Part shown: positions 1 to 10,559 of the stretch, piece by piece
How the letters are laid out: each line of letters opens with the position of its first letter
Position numbering within the stretch: the first letter of the stretch is position 1
Origin: Bdellovibrio sp.
GTDB taxonomy: Bacteria > Bdellovibrionota > Bdellovibrionia > Bdellovibrionales > Bdellovibrionaceae
DNA length: 64,000 nt
Assembly (NCBI GenBank): GCA_036677065.1
Contig: JAKFBS010000002.1
Location: forward strand, 736,001 to 800,000
Direction of reading: 5' to 3'
Made by a program: the position numbers and the translations under genes
Notes under the pieces: generated by a model
The model's database searches: none
Told to the model about the DNA's origin: nothing
Seen by the model: only the letters and a program-made list of their open reading frames with translations

Positions 1-2
1 TT

Positions 3-917
3 CTAAAACAGCGTTCCGCCAGTAAGCAAAGAATAAGACATTTCATCAGCTTTCTTAGCTAACAAATCCTGTTCACGCTGAACTCCAATTGTAAAACTCA
101 ATTCTTTCATAGCACGAACTTCTAAACCTAAACGGTAATCCACAACACTACTTCTAAAAGTAGGCTGGTTATTGGCCGCAGAAGAATTTGACCAGCTCTC
201 AATAAAATTTAAAGCGGGTTTAATAGAAAACATCTTACTTAAATCGTGCGAGTATTCAATACCGTGCTCAGAATCAGCCATTTTTGATGTACGAACTTTA
301 CCAGCAGAAGTTAAGTAAGTCGTAGAACGTTGAAAGTAGTAACTTGGTTTAGCGTATAATGAAATCTCATCATAACGACCAACATTCCAGCGCAATGATT
401 GCTCTAAACGAAGACGTGCAATCATACCTTCTTCTTTTGAACCGTCAGATGTTGGTAAATATAAACGTGGAGCAAATCTGTAGCTAGTTGAAGCCGGTAA
501 AGATTCTTGAAATAGGTTTGAAAAAGCGGCTACAAACGAAAAATCGCGAACTCGCGCTCTATCATTTGTTTCGCGGCCTGCGTTTGTAGTGCCTTGTAAC
601 GCGTATCCAAAAGCAGGTCGTGCAGCGATACGAAAATCATTCGAAATTTTATAGTTAAACGATAAATAAGAATCGAAGATATCAAAAGAAGAAAGCTCTT
701 GGGTGTTATTATTTACGGTTTGGCCGCCGATGAAATACCAAGTTATGCCAAAATTACCTTTAGTGGGCTTCTCACTATCCACATTAACAGTACTAGTTCC
801 TGCAGTTTCTGTGGCAGCTGCTGCTGGCGCCGCCGTACTTTTCTTAGTAGAGCTTTGAGCCTGTGCAAAACCTGCAACAAAAACTAGAGCTACGATAAAT
901 AGGCCTTTTAATTTCAT
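3..917 (-). CDS. Putative outer-membrane beta-barrel protein (hypothetical)
   Basis: ATG at 917 (MKLKGLF...) follows a GGGGG RBS. Sec signal peptide ending AQA, Ala/Thr linker, amphipathic beta-strands, C-terminal Phe. The ORF-track start at 971 is probably too long. Confidence 0.6.
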   Translation of the reverse strand: MKLKGLFIVALVFVAGFAQAQSSTKKSTAAPAAAATETAGTSTVNVDSEKPTKGNFGITWYFIGGQTVNNNTQELSSFDIFDSYLSFNYKISNDFRIAARPAFGYALQGTTNAGRETNDRARVRDFSFVAAFSNLFQESLPASTSYRFAPRLYLPTSDGSKEEGMIARLRLEQSLRWNVGRYDEISLYAKPSYYFQRSTTYLTSAGKVRTSKMADSEHGIEYSHDLSKMFSIKPALNFIESWSNSSAANNQPTFRSSVVDYRLGLEVRAMKELSFTIGVQREQDLLAKKADEMSYSLLTGGTLF

Positions 918-1022
918 ATTTCCCCCAAAGTCTTCCCGGAAAAGAGTTTGTGCAGGTATATCACACTGCACTAAAAATTGTCTAAACTACCTTTAAAATG
1001 CCGGGTCGATTAATGTCATAAC

Positions 1023-2180
1023 ATGGAAAAAATACAAACTCTTTTTAAGATTCAATTAAGACCAACTATTATCGTTTTTATGTCGCTTTTAGCGCTAGCT
1101 CCGATGGGCTGTAAGAATAAAGACATCAAATCTAACGACACTCTGCAGGCCAATGCCGATATCATAGCCCCCGAGCGCCTATCAAAAGCCGCTGATGAAA
1201 TCTCGGTGATGACTTTCAATGTAGAAAATATGTTCGACAATATTCACGATAAAGGCACAGAAGATTACACCTATCTTCCTCGCGCGCAGAAAGGTTCAGC
1301 TGAAGTAGGTGACTTTTGCCAGACCGTAAAATCTAAATTCTACCGTGAAGAGTGTAACTTTAAAGACTGGAATGACGACATCGTTCAATTCAAACTTTCA
1401 CAAGTTGGAAACACAATTAAGTACATTGATCAAGGCACAGGTCCTGATATTATCTTAATGGCCGAAGTTGAAAATTTAAATATCTTAAATCAATTAGCTG
1501 ATACCGAACTTAAAGGCATGGGCTACCAAACGCGCGTTCTTATCGAAGGCCCTGATCTTCGCGGTATTGACCCAGCCATTCTTTCTAAATTTCCGCTAAA
1601 AGGAAAACCAATTCTTCACCTTATTCCTTACAAAGACGAAGACCCTCAAGCCTTAAAATATGCGAAACGTTCTCGCGGTGTGATTGAAGCCACTGTGATT
1701 TTACCGAACAAAAAAGAATTAACTTTGATGGCCGTTCATTTTCCGTCACAAGCCAATCCAACAGCCTGGAGACAACAAGCAGTTGAGTTCTTAAAAAGTA
1801 AAATCACTGAATACGAGAAAAAAGGACGCGCTGTGATTGCCGGCGGCGACATGAACATCACCGCAACCGAAGAAGGCCGTAATGGTTATTTCTCTAAAAT
1901 CCTAAGCCAAGCAGGCCCTGTATCTCACTTAGTAGGCTGTGATCACTGCAAAGGAAGTCATAACTACAAAGGCGAATGGTCATTCTTAGATGTGATCGTT
2001 TACGGGAACGCGATTTCAAAAGTGGGTTTAACTTTGATTCCAGAATCTATTCAGGTCGTGAAAACTCCGGCCAATAATATTCACGGATCGCCACTTCGCT
2101 TTGATGACGAAAAAAAAGAGGGAGTTGCTGATCACTTCCCTCTTTATTCAAGACTTAAAATTTCAAGTAAGAAAAAATAA
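1023..2180 (+). CDS. Endonuclease/exonuclease/phosphatase (EEP) family protein, probable lipoprotein nuclease
   Basis: EEP motifs MTFNVEN, PDIILMAEVEN, AGGDMN, FLDVI and ADHFP; lipobox-like LAPMG-C. Confidence 0.85.
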   Translation: MEKIQTLFKIQLRPTIIVFMSLLALAPMGCKNKDIKSNDTLQANADIIAPERLSKAADEISVMTFNVENMFDNIHDKGTEDYTYLPRAQKGSAEVGDFCQTVKSKFYREECNFKDWNDDIVQFKLSQVGNTIKYIDQGTGPDIILMAEVENLNILNQLADTELKGMGYQTRVLIEGPDLRGIDPAILSKFPLKGKPILHLIPYKDEDPQALKYAKRSRGVIEATVILPNKKELTLMAVHFPSQANPTAWRQQAVEFLKSKITEYEKKGRAVIAGGDMNITATEEGRNGYFSKILSQAGPVSHLVGCDHCKGSHNYKGEWSFLDVIVYGNAISKVGLTLIPESIQVVKTPANNIHGSPLRFDDEKKEGVADHFPLYSRLKISSKKK

Positions 2181-3119
2181 TTATCTAGCGTATCTCGTTA
2201 AATCTACACGAGGGCGCACGCCACAAGCTTGCGCTTTCGAAGTTACCGCATCAATAGTTACTGATGAATCTTCAATTTTCACTAAAGTTTCAGGCAATAC
2301 CGTTGGCTTTTCGCCGATTTTAGTTTTCGCATCTTTTACGATTTTTAACTCACCCGTTGCACTGATACATGAATCTAATTTCACTTCCAAAACAGGTGCC
2401 GCATCCTTAAGAATTAAAGCGCCTGATCTAGCACCATGCATGCGTGCGTTGATTCTTAAAGCTGTGATTTTAATAGTTTCATTTAACATTTCACTAGAAC
2501 CATCCCAAGCAAATTCAAGCTTGATTTGCGTATTTGCAAAAGCTGTCGTGTTTTTTGCTAAGCTTAATTCTTCAGTTTTTTCGATAGTTAAAATGTATGA
2601 TCTTTCACGAACGCCTTTAGTAATCACAAGACGGTCATTCATATTGTTTGATGAAACGAAAGATCCCTTACCAGAAACATCAATGAAGTGTTTTGTTTCA
2701 AGCTTCGCGTTTTCAGATTTTAAAACCAAAAGGGTAATTTTACCTTCTTGGTCTTTATCTAATTTTTCGATCACATAATTAATACGGCTTGAAAATTGAC
2801 CGGCCTGTGTGCCCTCTAAGTAAAATCCAGTTGTTACATCAAGAATGTCGGTTTCAAATTTATCCGTAACCACAGAAGTTTTTTGCGAGGCTGCGTATTC
2901 AGGATTTAAAACAGCTTTAACTAAAGATAGACCTTCAAAAGCGCGATCTAAGCTAACAGCTAAAAATCTTGCCGATTCAAGTTTATTACTTTCGATATTT
3001 ACTGATTGAGTAGTGACCAAACCACCCGCAGCTTGCAGTTTATCGTCTTTCGGCGCACACGAAAATAACGACGTGGTAATGATGACAGTTGAAAGAGCTA
3101 AAACAAATTGGTTTTTCAT
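2181..3119 (-). CDS. Hypothetical lipoprotein
   Basis: 312 aa ORF with GGGGG RBS, lipobox LFS-C and a beta-rich body. Confidence 0.7.
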   Translation of the reverse strand: MKNQFVLALSTVIITTSLFSCAPKDDKLQAAGGLVTTQSVNIESNKLESARFLAVSLDRAFEGLSLVKAVLNPEYAASQKTSVVTDKFETDILDVTTGFYLEGTQAGQFSSRINYVIEKLDKDQEGKITLLVLKSENAKLETKHFIDVSGKGSFVSSNNMNDRLVITKGVRERSYILTIEKTEELSLAKNTTAFANTQIKLEFAWDGSSEMLNETIKITALRINARMHGARSGALILKDAAPVLEVKLDSCISATGELKIVKDAKTKIGEKPTVLPETLVKIEDSSVTIDAVTSKAQACGVRPRVDLTRYAR

Positions 3120-3239
3120 AAGCCTAATCCCCCAAAAACGATTGCCCCAAAGCTATACCGCAGTTCGAAAAAAAGGTCATAAGAAAGTGTATGTTAACGG
3201 TTTCTTAAAGAAATCTTGAAAAAAGTACCTAATAAAATA

Positions 3240-3731
3240 CTAAGAATGAAGCTCTAGGCTTGTGCGGATTTCGTTCCAGAACCAATTTAAGTGGGGGTCT
3301 TGAGATATGAACTCATTTATCGGCTTAGAGTTCAATTTTAGGCGCAAACGTAAAAAACTTTCTAAATCATCAAATCCAGGCCCAATTGTTACGACATTCA
3401 AAGTGTCGATCGTTGATAATTTTTGGAACACTTGTGTTAACTCATTGAAGTGTGAGTAGTCTTTTCTTTTTAAGATAAGATCAGGCTCAATGCCATTTTT
3501 CATCCAACGACGAAAAAGCGCATTTTGTAAGATGGATTTTAAATGAGTTTTTTGATGGTAGTTTAACGCGCGATACGCGGAAGTTTCGTTCATGACCATA
3601 AATAAATCACAACCGATAAATTCATCATGTGATTTTCTTAATGACTCAATAACTTCTGGGATTCGAAGAAGTGATCTTCGAATCAAACAATCGTCAATGA
3701 GTGCTCCGTCCGTGAAGTAGATGACCGTCAT
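3240..3731 (-). CDS. Hypothetical protein resembling a degenerate FabD/PKS acyltransferase domain
   Basis: GAGGA RBS. LQNALFRRWMKNGIEPDLIL and VVTIGPG resemble AT-domain motifs, but there is no GHSxG. Confidence 0.55.
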   Translation of the reverse strand: MTVIYFTDGALIDDCLIRRSLLRIPEVIESLRKSHDEFIGCDLFMVMNETSAYRALNYHQKTHLKSILQNALFRRWMKNGIEPDLILKRKDYSHFNELTQVFQKLSTIDTLNVVTIGPGFDDLESFLRLRLKLNSKPINEFISQDPHLNWFWNEIRTSLELHS

Positions 3732-3882
3732 AGTCCTCGCTCTTTGCTAGATCTAAGGTTAGAGTACTAAAGTCTAAAATGCTAGTCCTTGATCTTAAAT
3801 CACCACCTTGGTCCAGAGTTGAACTCAAGCTGTTTAATCACTTACGTCGAGAGTTCTCTGTTGCTATGCTGAACACTGGAAA

Positions 3883-4809
3883 TTGACTATGAAAAAATTG
3901 AATGTGCAACAACGATCTGTCATCCAAAAATGGGCTCTTTACGGGCTATTGCTTTTCATTGGCTTTACCGCAGCCGATCTTGGAATTATCTATGTGCGTG
4001 AATATTTTATTCCGCAATCTGCGCCTCCGAAAAAAGCGCCTAAACAACAAACTTCCGGTTACGTCGACCGCAGTCAATACTCAACAATTACAAATAGAAA
4101 TTTATTCTCATCATCAGGCACAATCCCCGACGCACTCGCAGCAGTAAACGCTGCGCAAGAAGAACAAACAGAAGATATTCCGGTACAATCAAGCTTGCCT
4201 TTAAATTTAATCGGCACCCTGGTGCATACTGATCCATCAAAATCAGTCGCCGCTATCGAAGTGAAATCAAAAAACATGTCTGGTTCATATATGGTGGGCG
4301 CAGAAATTGAAAACATGGCTAAAATTGAAAAAGTCGAACGCGGCATCGTGTATTTCAGAAATTTAAACAATGGCGCCTTAGAATATATTGAAATCAGCCG
4401 CGGCAATTCAAAAGTAAATTTTGATTCAGGTAAGGCGGCTGCTCCCGTAAAAGCCGGCGGTAAAGAAATCCAAGCTATTGGTAACAACACATTTCGTGTA
4501 AAGCGTGCTGACTTAAATAAATATTTAAACGATTTATCAGGTTTACTAATGCAAGCACGCGCGCTTCCAAATCGCGATCCAAATACGGGCGAAATTAATG
4601 GCTATCGTTTAGTTGATTACCAACCAGGATCAATCTTTGAACAAATGGGTTTACCCCGTGGCACTTTAATCAAGTCTGCCGGCGGAGAGCCTGTGAACAG
4701 TATTCAAAGCGCAATGGAAATGTTTAATAAATTAAAAAAAGAAAGCAAAGTTAAACTTGGTGTTGAGGTCAATGGATCTGAGCAAGATTTTAACTATGAA
4801 ATTCAGTAA
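3883..4809 (+). CDS. gspC: Type II secretion protein C (TM-HR-PDZ)
   Basis: N-terminal TM, HR domain (LNLIGTLV...), C-terminal PDZ-like domain; first gene of the gsp operon. Start may be ATG 3889. Confidence 0.85.
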   Translation: MTMKKLNVQQRSVIQKWALYGLLLFIGFTAADLGIIYVREYFIPQSAPPKKAPKQQTSGYVDRSQYSTITNRNLFSSSGTIPDALAAVNAAQEEQTEDIPVQSSLPLNLIGTLVHTDPSKSVAAIEVKSKNMSGSYMVGAEIENMAKIEKVERGIVYFRNLNNGALEYIEISRGNSKVNFDSGKAAAPVKAGGKEIQAIGNNTFRVKRADLNKYLNDLSGLLMQARALPNRDPNTGEINGYRLVDYQPGSIFEQMGLPRGTLIKSAGGEPVNSIQSAMEMFNKLKKESKVKLGVEVNGSEQDFNYEIQ

Positions 4810-4817
4810 AGAGGTAT

Positions 4818-7163
4818 ATGATGGCCTTTAAAAGAAGTCTAATTACAACAGCTGTAATTACTAGTTTTTTAGCTTCACAATTAACAGGAAGTTATTGTTT
4901 TGCTCAGTTTGAGGATTTTCCTCCTCCACCACCTATTGATGATTTTGCGGCACCTTCGGTTGGAGAAGTTCCACCTCCGCCGCCACCTACTCCCAGCATA
5001 GGTGGCAACCGCGCAGGAACAGCGCCAACTGGATCTGGCCCGGCAAAAGTGATTTCTGCTAAAGGAACTAAATCTACGGTTTTATCTGACAAACAACGTG
5101 ATAAGTTTGCTAAAGCCGGCCCTGAAGACATCACTTCTGAAAACTTTCCAGAAACTATTGAGTCATTCGATTTTCCGAATGTGGATATCACTGATATTAT
5201 CAAAGCCATTTCTGAATTAACCGGAAAAAACTTTATTATCGATTCTACTGTTCGTGGTAAAATCACGATCATTGCTCCAAGTAAAATTACTGTAGCCGAA
5301 GCCTACAAAGCTTTCTTATCATCATTAGCGATCAACGGTTTTACGATTGTTCCTTCTGGTGGATTCTTAAAAATCAGAAATGCAAGATCTGCGCAACGTG
5401 ATGGTATTGATATCTATTCTGGATCGTACTATCCGAACGCCGATCAAATGATCACTAAAGTAGTGCATTTAAAGCATATCTCGGCTGAGACTTTAAAACA
5501 GCAATTAGGTCGTCTATTAAATTCTTCTTACGGTGAAATCGAAGCTTACCCGCAAACGAACTCGATGATTATTTCTGATTTCGGTTCTTCGATTGATCGT
5601 ATTATGAAAATTATCAATCAATTAGATGTTCCGGGATTTGAAGAGCAATTAGAAGTTGTTGGTATCAAATACGCAAAATCTAAAGATATCGCTGATCTTA
5701 TCGATAAAATCGTAAATAAAGGCCAAAAGCCAGCAAGCACTGGTGGTTTTAATGCAGGTGTTCCTCGTTTTAGCGGCGGTGGCGCAAGCACTGGCGGTAA
5801 ATCTGGTGGAGCGGCCTCGTTTTTAGTGTTTCCGGATGATCGTACGAATTCTTTAATCATCGTGGGTAACCGCCCAGGTATTGCGCGTGTAAAAAGATTA
5901 GTGGCGCAATTAGATTTTAAAGTTCGCGCTGAAGATCAAGGTGGCGTTTATGTTTATTACGTTAAACATGGTAACGCTGAAGATATCGCAAAAACTTTAT
6001 CTGAAGTAGCTAAAGAATCGGCTCCGAAAGCCGCCCCTACTGGTGGTTTTGGTTTTCAGGCGCAAGGACAAGCTGCCGTTCGTGAAGGTTTATTTGGCGG
6101 CGAAGTTTCAATTAAGTCTGATAAAAATACGAATGCTTTGGTGGTTTCTGCAAGCAAACAAGATTACGAAAAAGTTTTATCTATCTTAAACAAATTAGAT
6201 ATTCCGCGCGATCAGGTGTTTGTTGAAGCAATCATTATGGAAATGAACATGTCTGATGGTATCGAATCAGGCGGTGGTTTAGTGCAATTTGGTAAAGACG
6301 GCGGTAAAGCCGGATTTGCTTCTAGTGATACTGATTTAGCTGCAGTTTTAAATCCATTGTCGGGCGCAGGCTCTGCGATCTTAGGATTCTCTTCTGGCCG
6401 AGTGACTGTTCCTAAAGACATCACTAACCCTGCTGGCGGCAGCATCGAAATCCCTTCACTATTAGGCTACTTAAAATTCGTAAAACAATTTGGTAAAACA
6501 AATATCTTATCAACGCCACAAATTATCGCGACCGATGCCCAAACAGCAACGATCGAAGTGGGTGATAAAGTTGTAACTCGTAATATCGTAACTCCTGGAG
6601 TAAATGGCGCACCGTCGCAGTCTTCTCCTGAGTTTGGTGATGCGACGATCAAAATGGAAATCAAACCGTTTATTTCTCCGACATCGAATTCAATTCGTAT
6701 GGAATTTAAACAAACAATCAATCAGTTATCGAGCGTACAAGTTCCAACAAGTTTTCAAGGACAAGTGCAACCTTTAGCAACGCGCTCTATCAATACTAAT
6801 GTTGTTCTAAACAATGGAGACACTGCAGTAATCGGTGGATTGATGAAGGATGAAGACTCTGAAACAATCGCAAAAGTTCCTATTTTAGGGGACTTACCTA
6901 TTTTAGGATGGTTTTTCAAATCAAAAAAATCAACTAAGCGCAAAGTGAACATGTTAGTGTTTTTATCACCAAAAATTATTCGTAATCGCGCTGACAGCCA
7001 AAATCTGTTAACATACAAAACAGATGAACGCTTACGCTTCTTAAAACAAAACGGTGGTAAAGATCCTTATGGATCAACTATCGATAAAGTTTTAAAACGC
7101 GATCGCGTGCCGCAATCAACCGGCGCTGCAGATAATGACATGCAGCCAGTGATTAAAAAATAA
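4818..7163 (+). CDS. gspD: Type II secretion secretin D
   Basis: N0 domain (FDFPNVDITDIIKAISELTGKNFII), repeated N domains, secretin motifs QVFVEAIIME and KVPILGDLPILGWFFKS. Confidence 0.96.
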   Translation: MMAFKRSLITTAVITSFLASQLTGSYCFAQFEDFPPPPPIDDFAAPSVGEVPPPPPPTPSIGGNRAGTAPTGSGPAKVISAKGTKSTVLSDKQRDKFAKAGPEDITSENFPETIESFDFPNVDITDIIKAISELTGKNFIIDSTVRGKITIIAPSKITVAEAYKAFLSSLAINGFTIVPSGGFLKIRNARSAQRDGIDIYSGSYYPNADQMITKVVHLKHISAETLKQQLGRLLNSSYGEIEAYPQTNSMIISDFGSSIDRIMKIINQLDVPGFEEQLEVVGIKYAKSKDIADLIDKIVNKGQKPASTGGFNAGVPRFSGGGASTGGKSGGAASFLVFPDDRTNSLIIVGNRPGIARVKRLVAQLDFKVRAEDQGGVYVYYVKHGNAEDIAKTLSEVAKESAPKAAPTGGFGFQAQGQAAVREGLFGGEVSIKSDKNTNALVVSASKQDYEKVLSILNKLDIPRDQVFVEAIIMEMNMSDGIESGGGLVQFGKDGGKAGFASSDTDLAAVLNPLSGAGSAILGFSSGRVTVPKDITNPAGGSIEIPSLLGYLKFVKQFGKTNILSTPQIIATDAQTATIEVGDKVVTRNIVTPGVNGAPSQSSPEFGDATIKMEIKPFISPTSNSIRMEFKQTINQLSSVQVPTSFQGQVQPLATRSINTNVVLNNGDTAVIGGLMKDEDSETIAKVPILGDLPILGWFFKSKKSTKRKVNMLVFLSPKIIRNRADSQNLLTYKTDERLRFLKQNGGKDPYGSTIDKVLKRDRVPQSTGAADNDMQPVIKK

Positions 7164-7171
7164 GGATTTTA

Positions 7172-8863
7172 ATGGCTCAAATGGATATTCCTCTTTTATT
7201 AGGTAAATCGACTAGTCTGACACCCGATCAGATTAAATCGGTTTTAAAAAATCCAGCCACTTCGCGCCCGATTAGCGTAGGTGAAACACTATCCTCACGC
7301 GAGTATGCAACGGCTGATGATCTTGTGGCTGATTTATGCCGCGAGCTTGGTTTGGATTTTGTTAAAGATATCGCCGTCAGCGAAATCTCGGCTGATCTAG
7401 TTCGTGATATCCCGATCAATTACGCAAAAACTCAGGGCGTATTACCATTTAAAGAAGAGACTGACACATTATACGCCTTAACTTCAAATCCGGTAAATAC
7501 AAAAGCTCTGGATGATTTACGTGCCCTGTTTGGTAAACGCATTCGCCCGATGGTGACAACATCACAGCGCCTGCAAGAAGCTATCAATCGCGTTTATGAA
7601 AAATCGACTTCAAATATGTCTGGTATGGATGATATTGAAGATGATGAAATGGATTTAGAAGATCCAATCATCGATTTACTTGAAGCTGGCGAAGATGATG
7701 CGCCGGTGATTAAATTAGTGAATTCAGTTCTGTTTCGCGCCGTTAAAGAAAAAGCTTCAGATATCCATATGGAGCCTTATGAAAAAGACATGGCCGTGCG
7801 TTACCGTATCGACGGTAATTTGTATGACGTGTTTAAACCACCTAAAAAATTACAAAACGCAATCACATCGCGTATTAAAGTTATGGCCAATCTTAATATC
7901 GCCGAAAAACGTCTACCGCAAGATGGTCGTATTCCGTTAAAAGTCGGCGGTAAAGATATTGATATTCGTCTTTCTACGGTACCGACTACTCATGGTGAAC
8001 GTATTGTTATGCGTCTTCAGGATAAATCATCACAAGTGCGTGAATTACATCACGCAGGTTTTTCTCAAGAACTTTTAGATACCTTAGATAATATGATTGA
8101 AAGATCGTACGGAATTTTACTAGTCACCGGCCCTACCGGTTCTGGTAAATCAACTACGCTATATGGTTGTGTTTCTAAATTAAATAAACCTGATATTAAT
8201 ATCTTAACGATTGAAGATCCGGTAGAGCAACGTATTCATGGCGTTGGCCAAGTGCAAGTGAATGCAAAAATTGGTTTAACTTTCGCTGCAGGTCTTAGAT
8301 CATTTCTTCGTCAAGATCCAGACATCATCATGGTGGGAGAGATTCGTGACTTAGAAACTGCAGAGCTTGCGATCAATTCATCACTAACGGGTCACTTAGT
8401 GTTATCTACGATCCATGCCAATGATGCGGCCGGTGCGTTCCCGCGTTTAATGGATATCGGTGCTGAGCCGTTTTTAATTGCCACTTCAATTCTTGGAATT
8501 TTAGCGCAGCGTTTAGTGCGCGTATTATGCCCGCACTGTAAAGCGCCGCACACCCCGTCTGCTTTTGAATTAGAAACCTTAGGCATCACTGCTGAACAAG
8601 CCCGCGGTGCAAATATTTGTAAAGCGATGGGCTGCGAACACTGCGGCCAAAAAGGTTATGTCGGTCGTACGATTATCGCAGAACTTCTTCCTGTAACTGA
8701 TGATATTAGATCTTTAGTAATGCAACGTAAAGATGGTAACACCATCAAAAAGTTAGCGGTTTCTAAAGGGTTTAAAACTTTCCGTGATCATGGTATTCAA
8801 AAAGTGATGGCGGGAATTACCACAATTGAAGAACTATTAACAAATACGCAGATTGATATTTAA
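7172..8863 (+). CDS. gspE: Type II secretion ATPase E
   Basis: ASDIH, RLPQDGR, Walker A GPTGSGKS, LRQDPDIIMVGEIRD and Zn motif CPHC...CEHC. Confidence 0.97.
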   Translation: MAQMDIPLLLGKSTSLTPDQIKSVLKNPATSRPISVGETLSSREYATADDLVADLCRELGLDFVKDIAVSEISADLVRDIPINYAKTQGVLPFKEETDTLYALTSNPVNTKALDDLRALFGKRIRPMVTTSQRLQEAINRVYEKSTSNMSGMDDIEDDEMDLEDPIIDLLEAGEDDAPVIKLVNSVLFRAVKEKASDIHMEPYEKDMAVRYRIDGNLYDVFKPPKKLQNAITSRIKVMANLNIAEKRLPQDGRIPLKVGGKDIDIRLSTVPTTHGERIVMRLQDKSSQVRELHHAGFSQELLDTLDNMIERSYGILLVTGPTGSGKSTTLYGCVSKLNKPDINILTIEDPVEQRIHGVGQVQVNAKIGLTFAAGLRSFLRQDPDIIMVGEIRDLETAELAINSSLTGHLVLSTIHANDAAGAFPRLMDIGAEPFLIATSILGILAQRLVRVLCPHCKAPHTPSAFELETLGITAEQARGANICKAMGCEHCGQKGYVGRTIIAELLPVTDDIRSLVMQRKDGNTIKKLAVSKGFKTFRDHGIQKVMAGITTIEELLTNTQIDI

Positions 8864-8865
8864 TT

Positions 8866-10086
8866 ATGCCATTATTTGAATACAAAGGTTTAAGTCGCGA
8901 TGGAAAAACAGTCAGAGGCACTCTGGACTCTGAAAACCTTCGCACGGCGCGCACCAAGCTAAAAAAAGATGGCATCTTTGTTGTCGATATTAAAGATAAA
9001 AAAAAAGCAGCCGGCATTAAAAAATCGGCCATCCGCTCAACGGGCACGGTTCCGGTTAAAGACTTATCGTTAATGACCAGACAGCTTGCGACTTTAATTA
9101 AAGCTAATATTCCGTTAGTTGATGCTTTGACGGCCATTGCCGAGCAAGTTGAGAATCCGATTTTATCTGAAGCCATTTCTGACTGTAAGAATATGGTCAA
9201 CGAGGGGCAATCGCTTCACAAAGCCCTTTCAAAATACCCAAATGTTTTTGACACGATTTATATTTCGATGGCAGAAGCTGGTGAAATGTCAGGAACTCTT
9301 GATATTATTCTGCTTCGCTTAGCTGAATTTACCGAAGCCCAAGCCGAACTTCGTCAACGTGTGGTCAGTGCCATGACCTACCCAATTATTATGTTGTGCG
9401 TGATCACGTTAGTGATGTTCGGTTTGTTTACAAAAGTATTACCTGAAATTTTAGCAATTTTTGATTCAATGCCTGATATGACTTTACCGGTTATGACTCA
9501 ATACATTGCGGCAATCAGTAAAGTGTTTGTTGAAAGCTGGTACTGGATCGCTGGTTTTATTATTATTACAGTTTTAGTTTTCTTAAACTGGAAAAACTCT
9601 AAAGAAGGCCGTAAATCTTGGGATGCTATTATTCTTAAAATTCCAGTGGTGGGCGAAATCACACGCATGGTCGCCATATCGCGCTTCACTCGTACATTAG
9701 CCACGTTATTAGCCGGCGGTGTGCCCATGCTAAATGCTATGGATATCGTTCGTAACGTGGTTGATAACCACGTTTTAGCTATGGCTATTGATGAAGCTAA
9801 GAGCAATATCTCTGAAGGGGAATCAATTGCTGGACCTTTAAAAAAATCAAACCAGTTCCCGCCTATCGTAGTTCACATGGTGAATATCGGCGAAAAAACT
9901 GGCGATTTAGAAAATATGCTGTCTTTAGTCGCGGATGCTTATGACTTTCAGGTTAAATCTAAGGTCGATGGTTTAACAACATTGCTAAATCCAATCATGA
10001 CTTTGTTGATTGGTATTGTGATCTTTGTCATAGTAATATCTATTATTGTTCCGATGTTCGATATGACATCTAAATTAGGGGGATAA
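8866..10086 (+). CDS. gspF: Type II secretion inner-membrane platform protein F
   Basis: GspF/PilC repeats (TRQLATLIKANIPL, AGEMSGTL, GEKTGDLE) and three TMs. Confidence 0.95.
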   Translation: MPLFEYKGLSRDGKTVRGTLDSENLRTARTKLKKDGIFVVDIKDKKKAAGIKKSAIRSTGTVPVKDLSLMTRQLATLIKANIPLVDALTAIAEQVENPILSEAISDCKNMVNEGQSLHKALSKYPNVFDTIYISMAEAGEMSGTLDIILLRLAEFTEAQAELRQRVVSAMTYPIIMLCVITLVMFGLFTKVLPEILAIFDSMPDMTLPVMTQYIAAISKVFVESWYWIAGFIIITVLVFLNWKNSKEGRKSWDAIILKIPVVGEITRMVAISRFTRTLATLLAGGVPMLNAMDIVRNVVDNHVLAMAIDEAKSNISEGESIAGPLKKSNQFPPIVVHMVNIGEKTGDLENMLSLVADAYDFQVKSKVDGLTTLLNPIMTLLIGIVIFVIVISIIVPMFDMTSKLGG

Positions 10087-10092
10087 ATCCAC

Positions 10093-10545
10093 ATGCTAAA
10101 TTTGTTTAAATCTCAACGTTCTATTTCGACTATTTCTAACAACAAAGGTTTCTCTCTTGGAGAAATCATGATCGTATTAGTGATCATCGGCGGCATCATG
10201 GCCATCGTGTTACCTAAAATTCAAGATGGTCAGAAAAAAAGTCAGGTCAATCAAACAAAAATGAAAATGACCGAAGTCACTACTAAACTAAATGAGTATT
10301 ATGCTGAATGCAGCAAATACCCAACGTCTTTATCTTTCATTACTGATGACGATGCTGATTGCAAAAATTGGACATCAAATCCAAAACTAAAACATCTTTT
10401 AAAAGATGCTTGGGGATCTGACTTCCAATACGGCACTGCAGGCAATGGTTATAACTTAAGTTCATTAGGTGCTGATAAAAAAGCTGGCGGCTCATCATTT
10501 GATAAAGATTTATTCTCTGACGAATCAGTCGGTGGCGAAGAATAA
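10093..10545 (+). CDS. gspG: Major pseudopilin G
   Basis: Prepilin site KG/FSLGE, DAWG..F.Y and SLGAD motifs; follows gspF. Confidence 0.85.
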   Translation: MLNLFKSQRSISTISNNKGFSLGEIMIVLVIIGGIMAIVLPKIQDGQKKSQVNQTKMKMTEVTTKLNEYYAECSKYPTSLSFITDDDADCKNWTSNPKLKHLLKDAWGSDFQYGTAGNGYNLSSLGADKKAGGSSFDKDLFSDESVGGEE

Positions 10546-10559
10546 GCCGCCCAACAATA

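Noticed and set aside
2101..2778. 225-aa + strand ORF
   Set aside because: It is the antisense shadow of the 2181-3119 lipoprotein and has no recognisable motifs.
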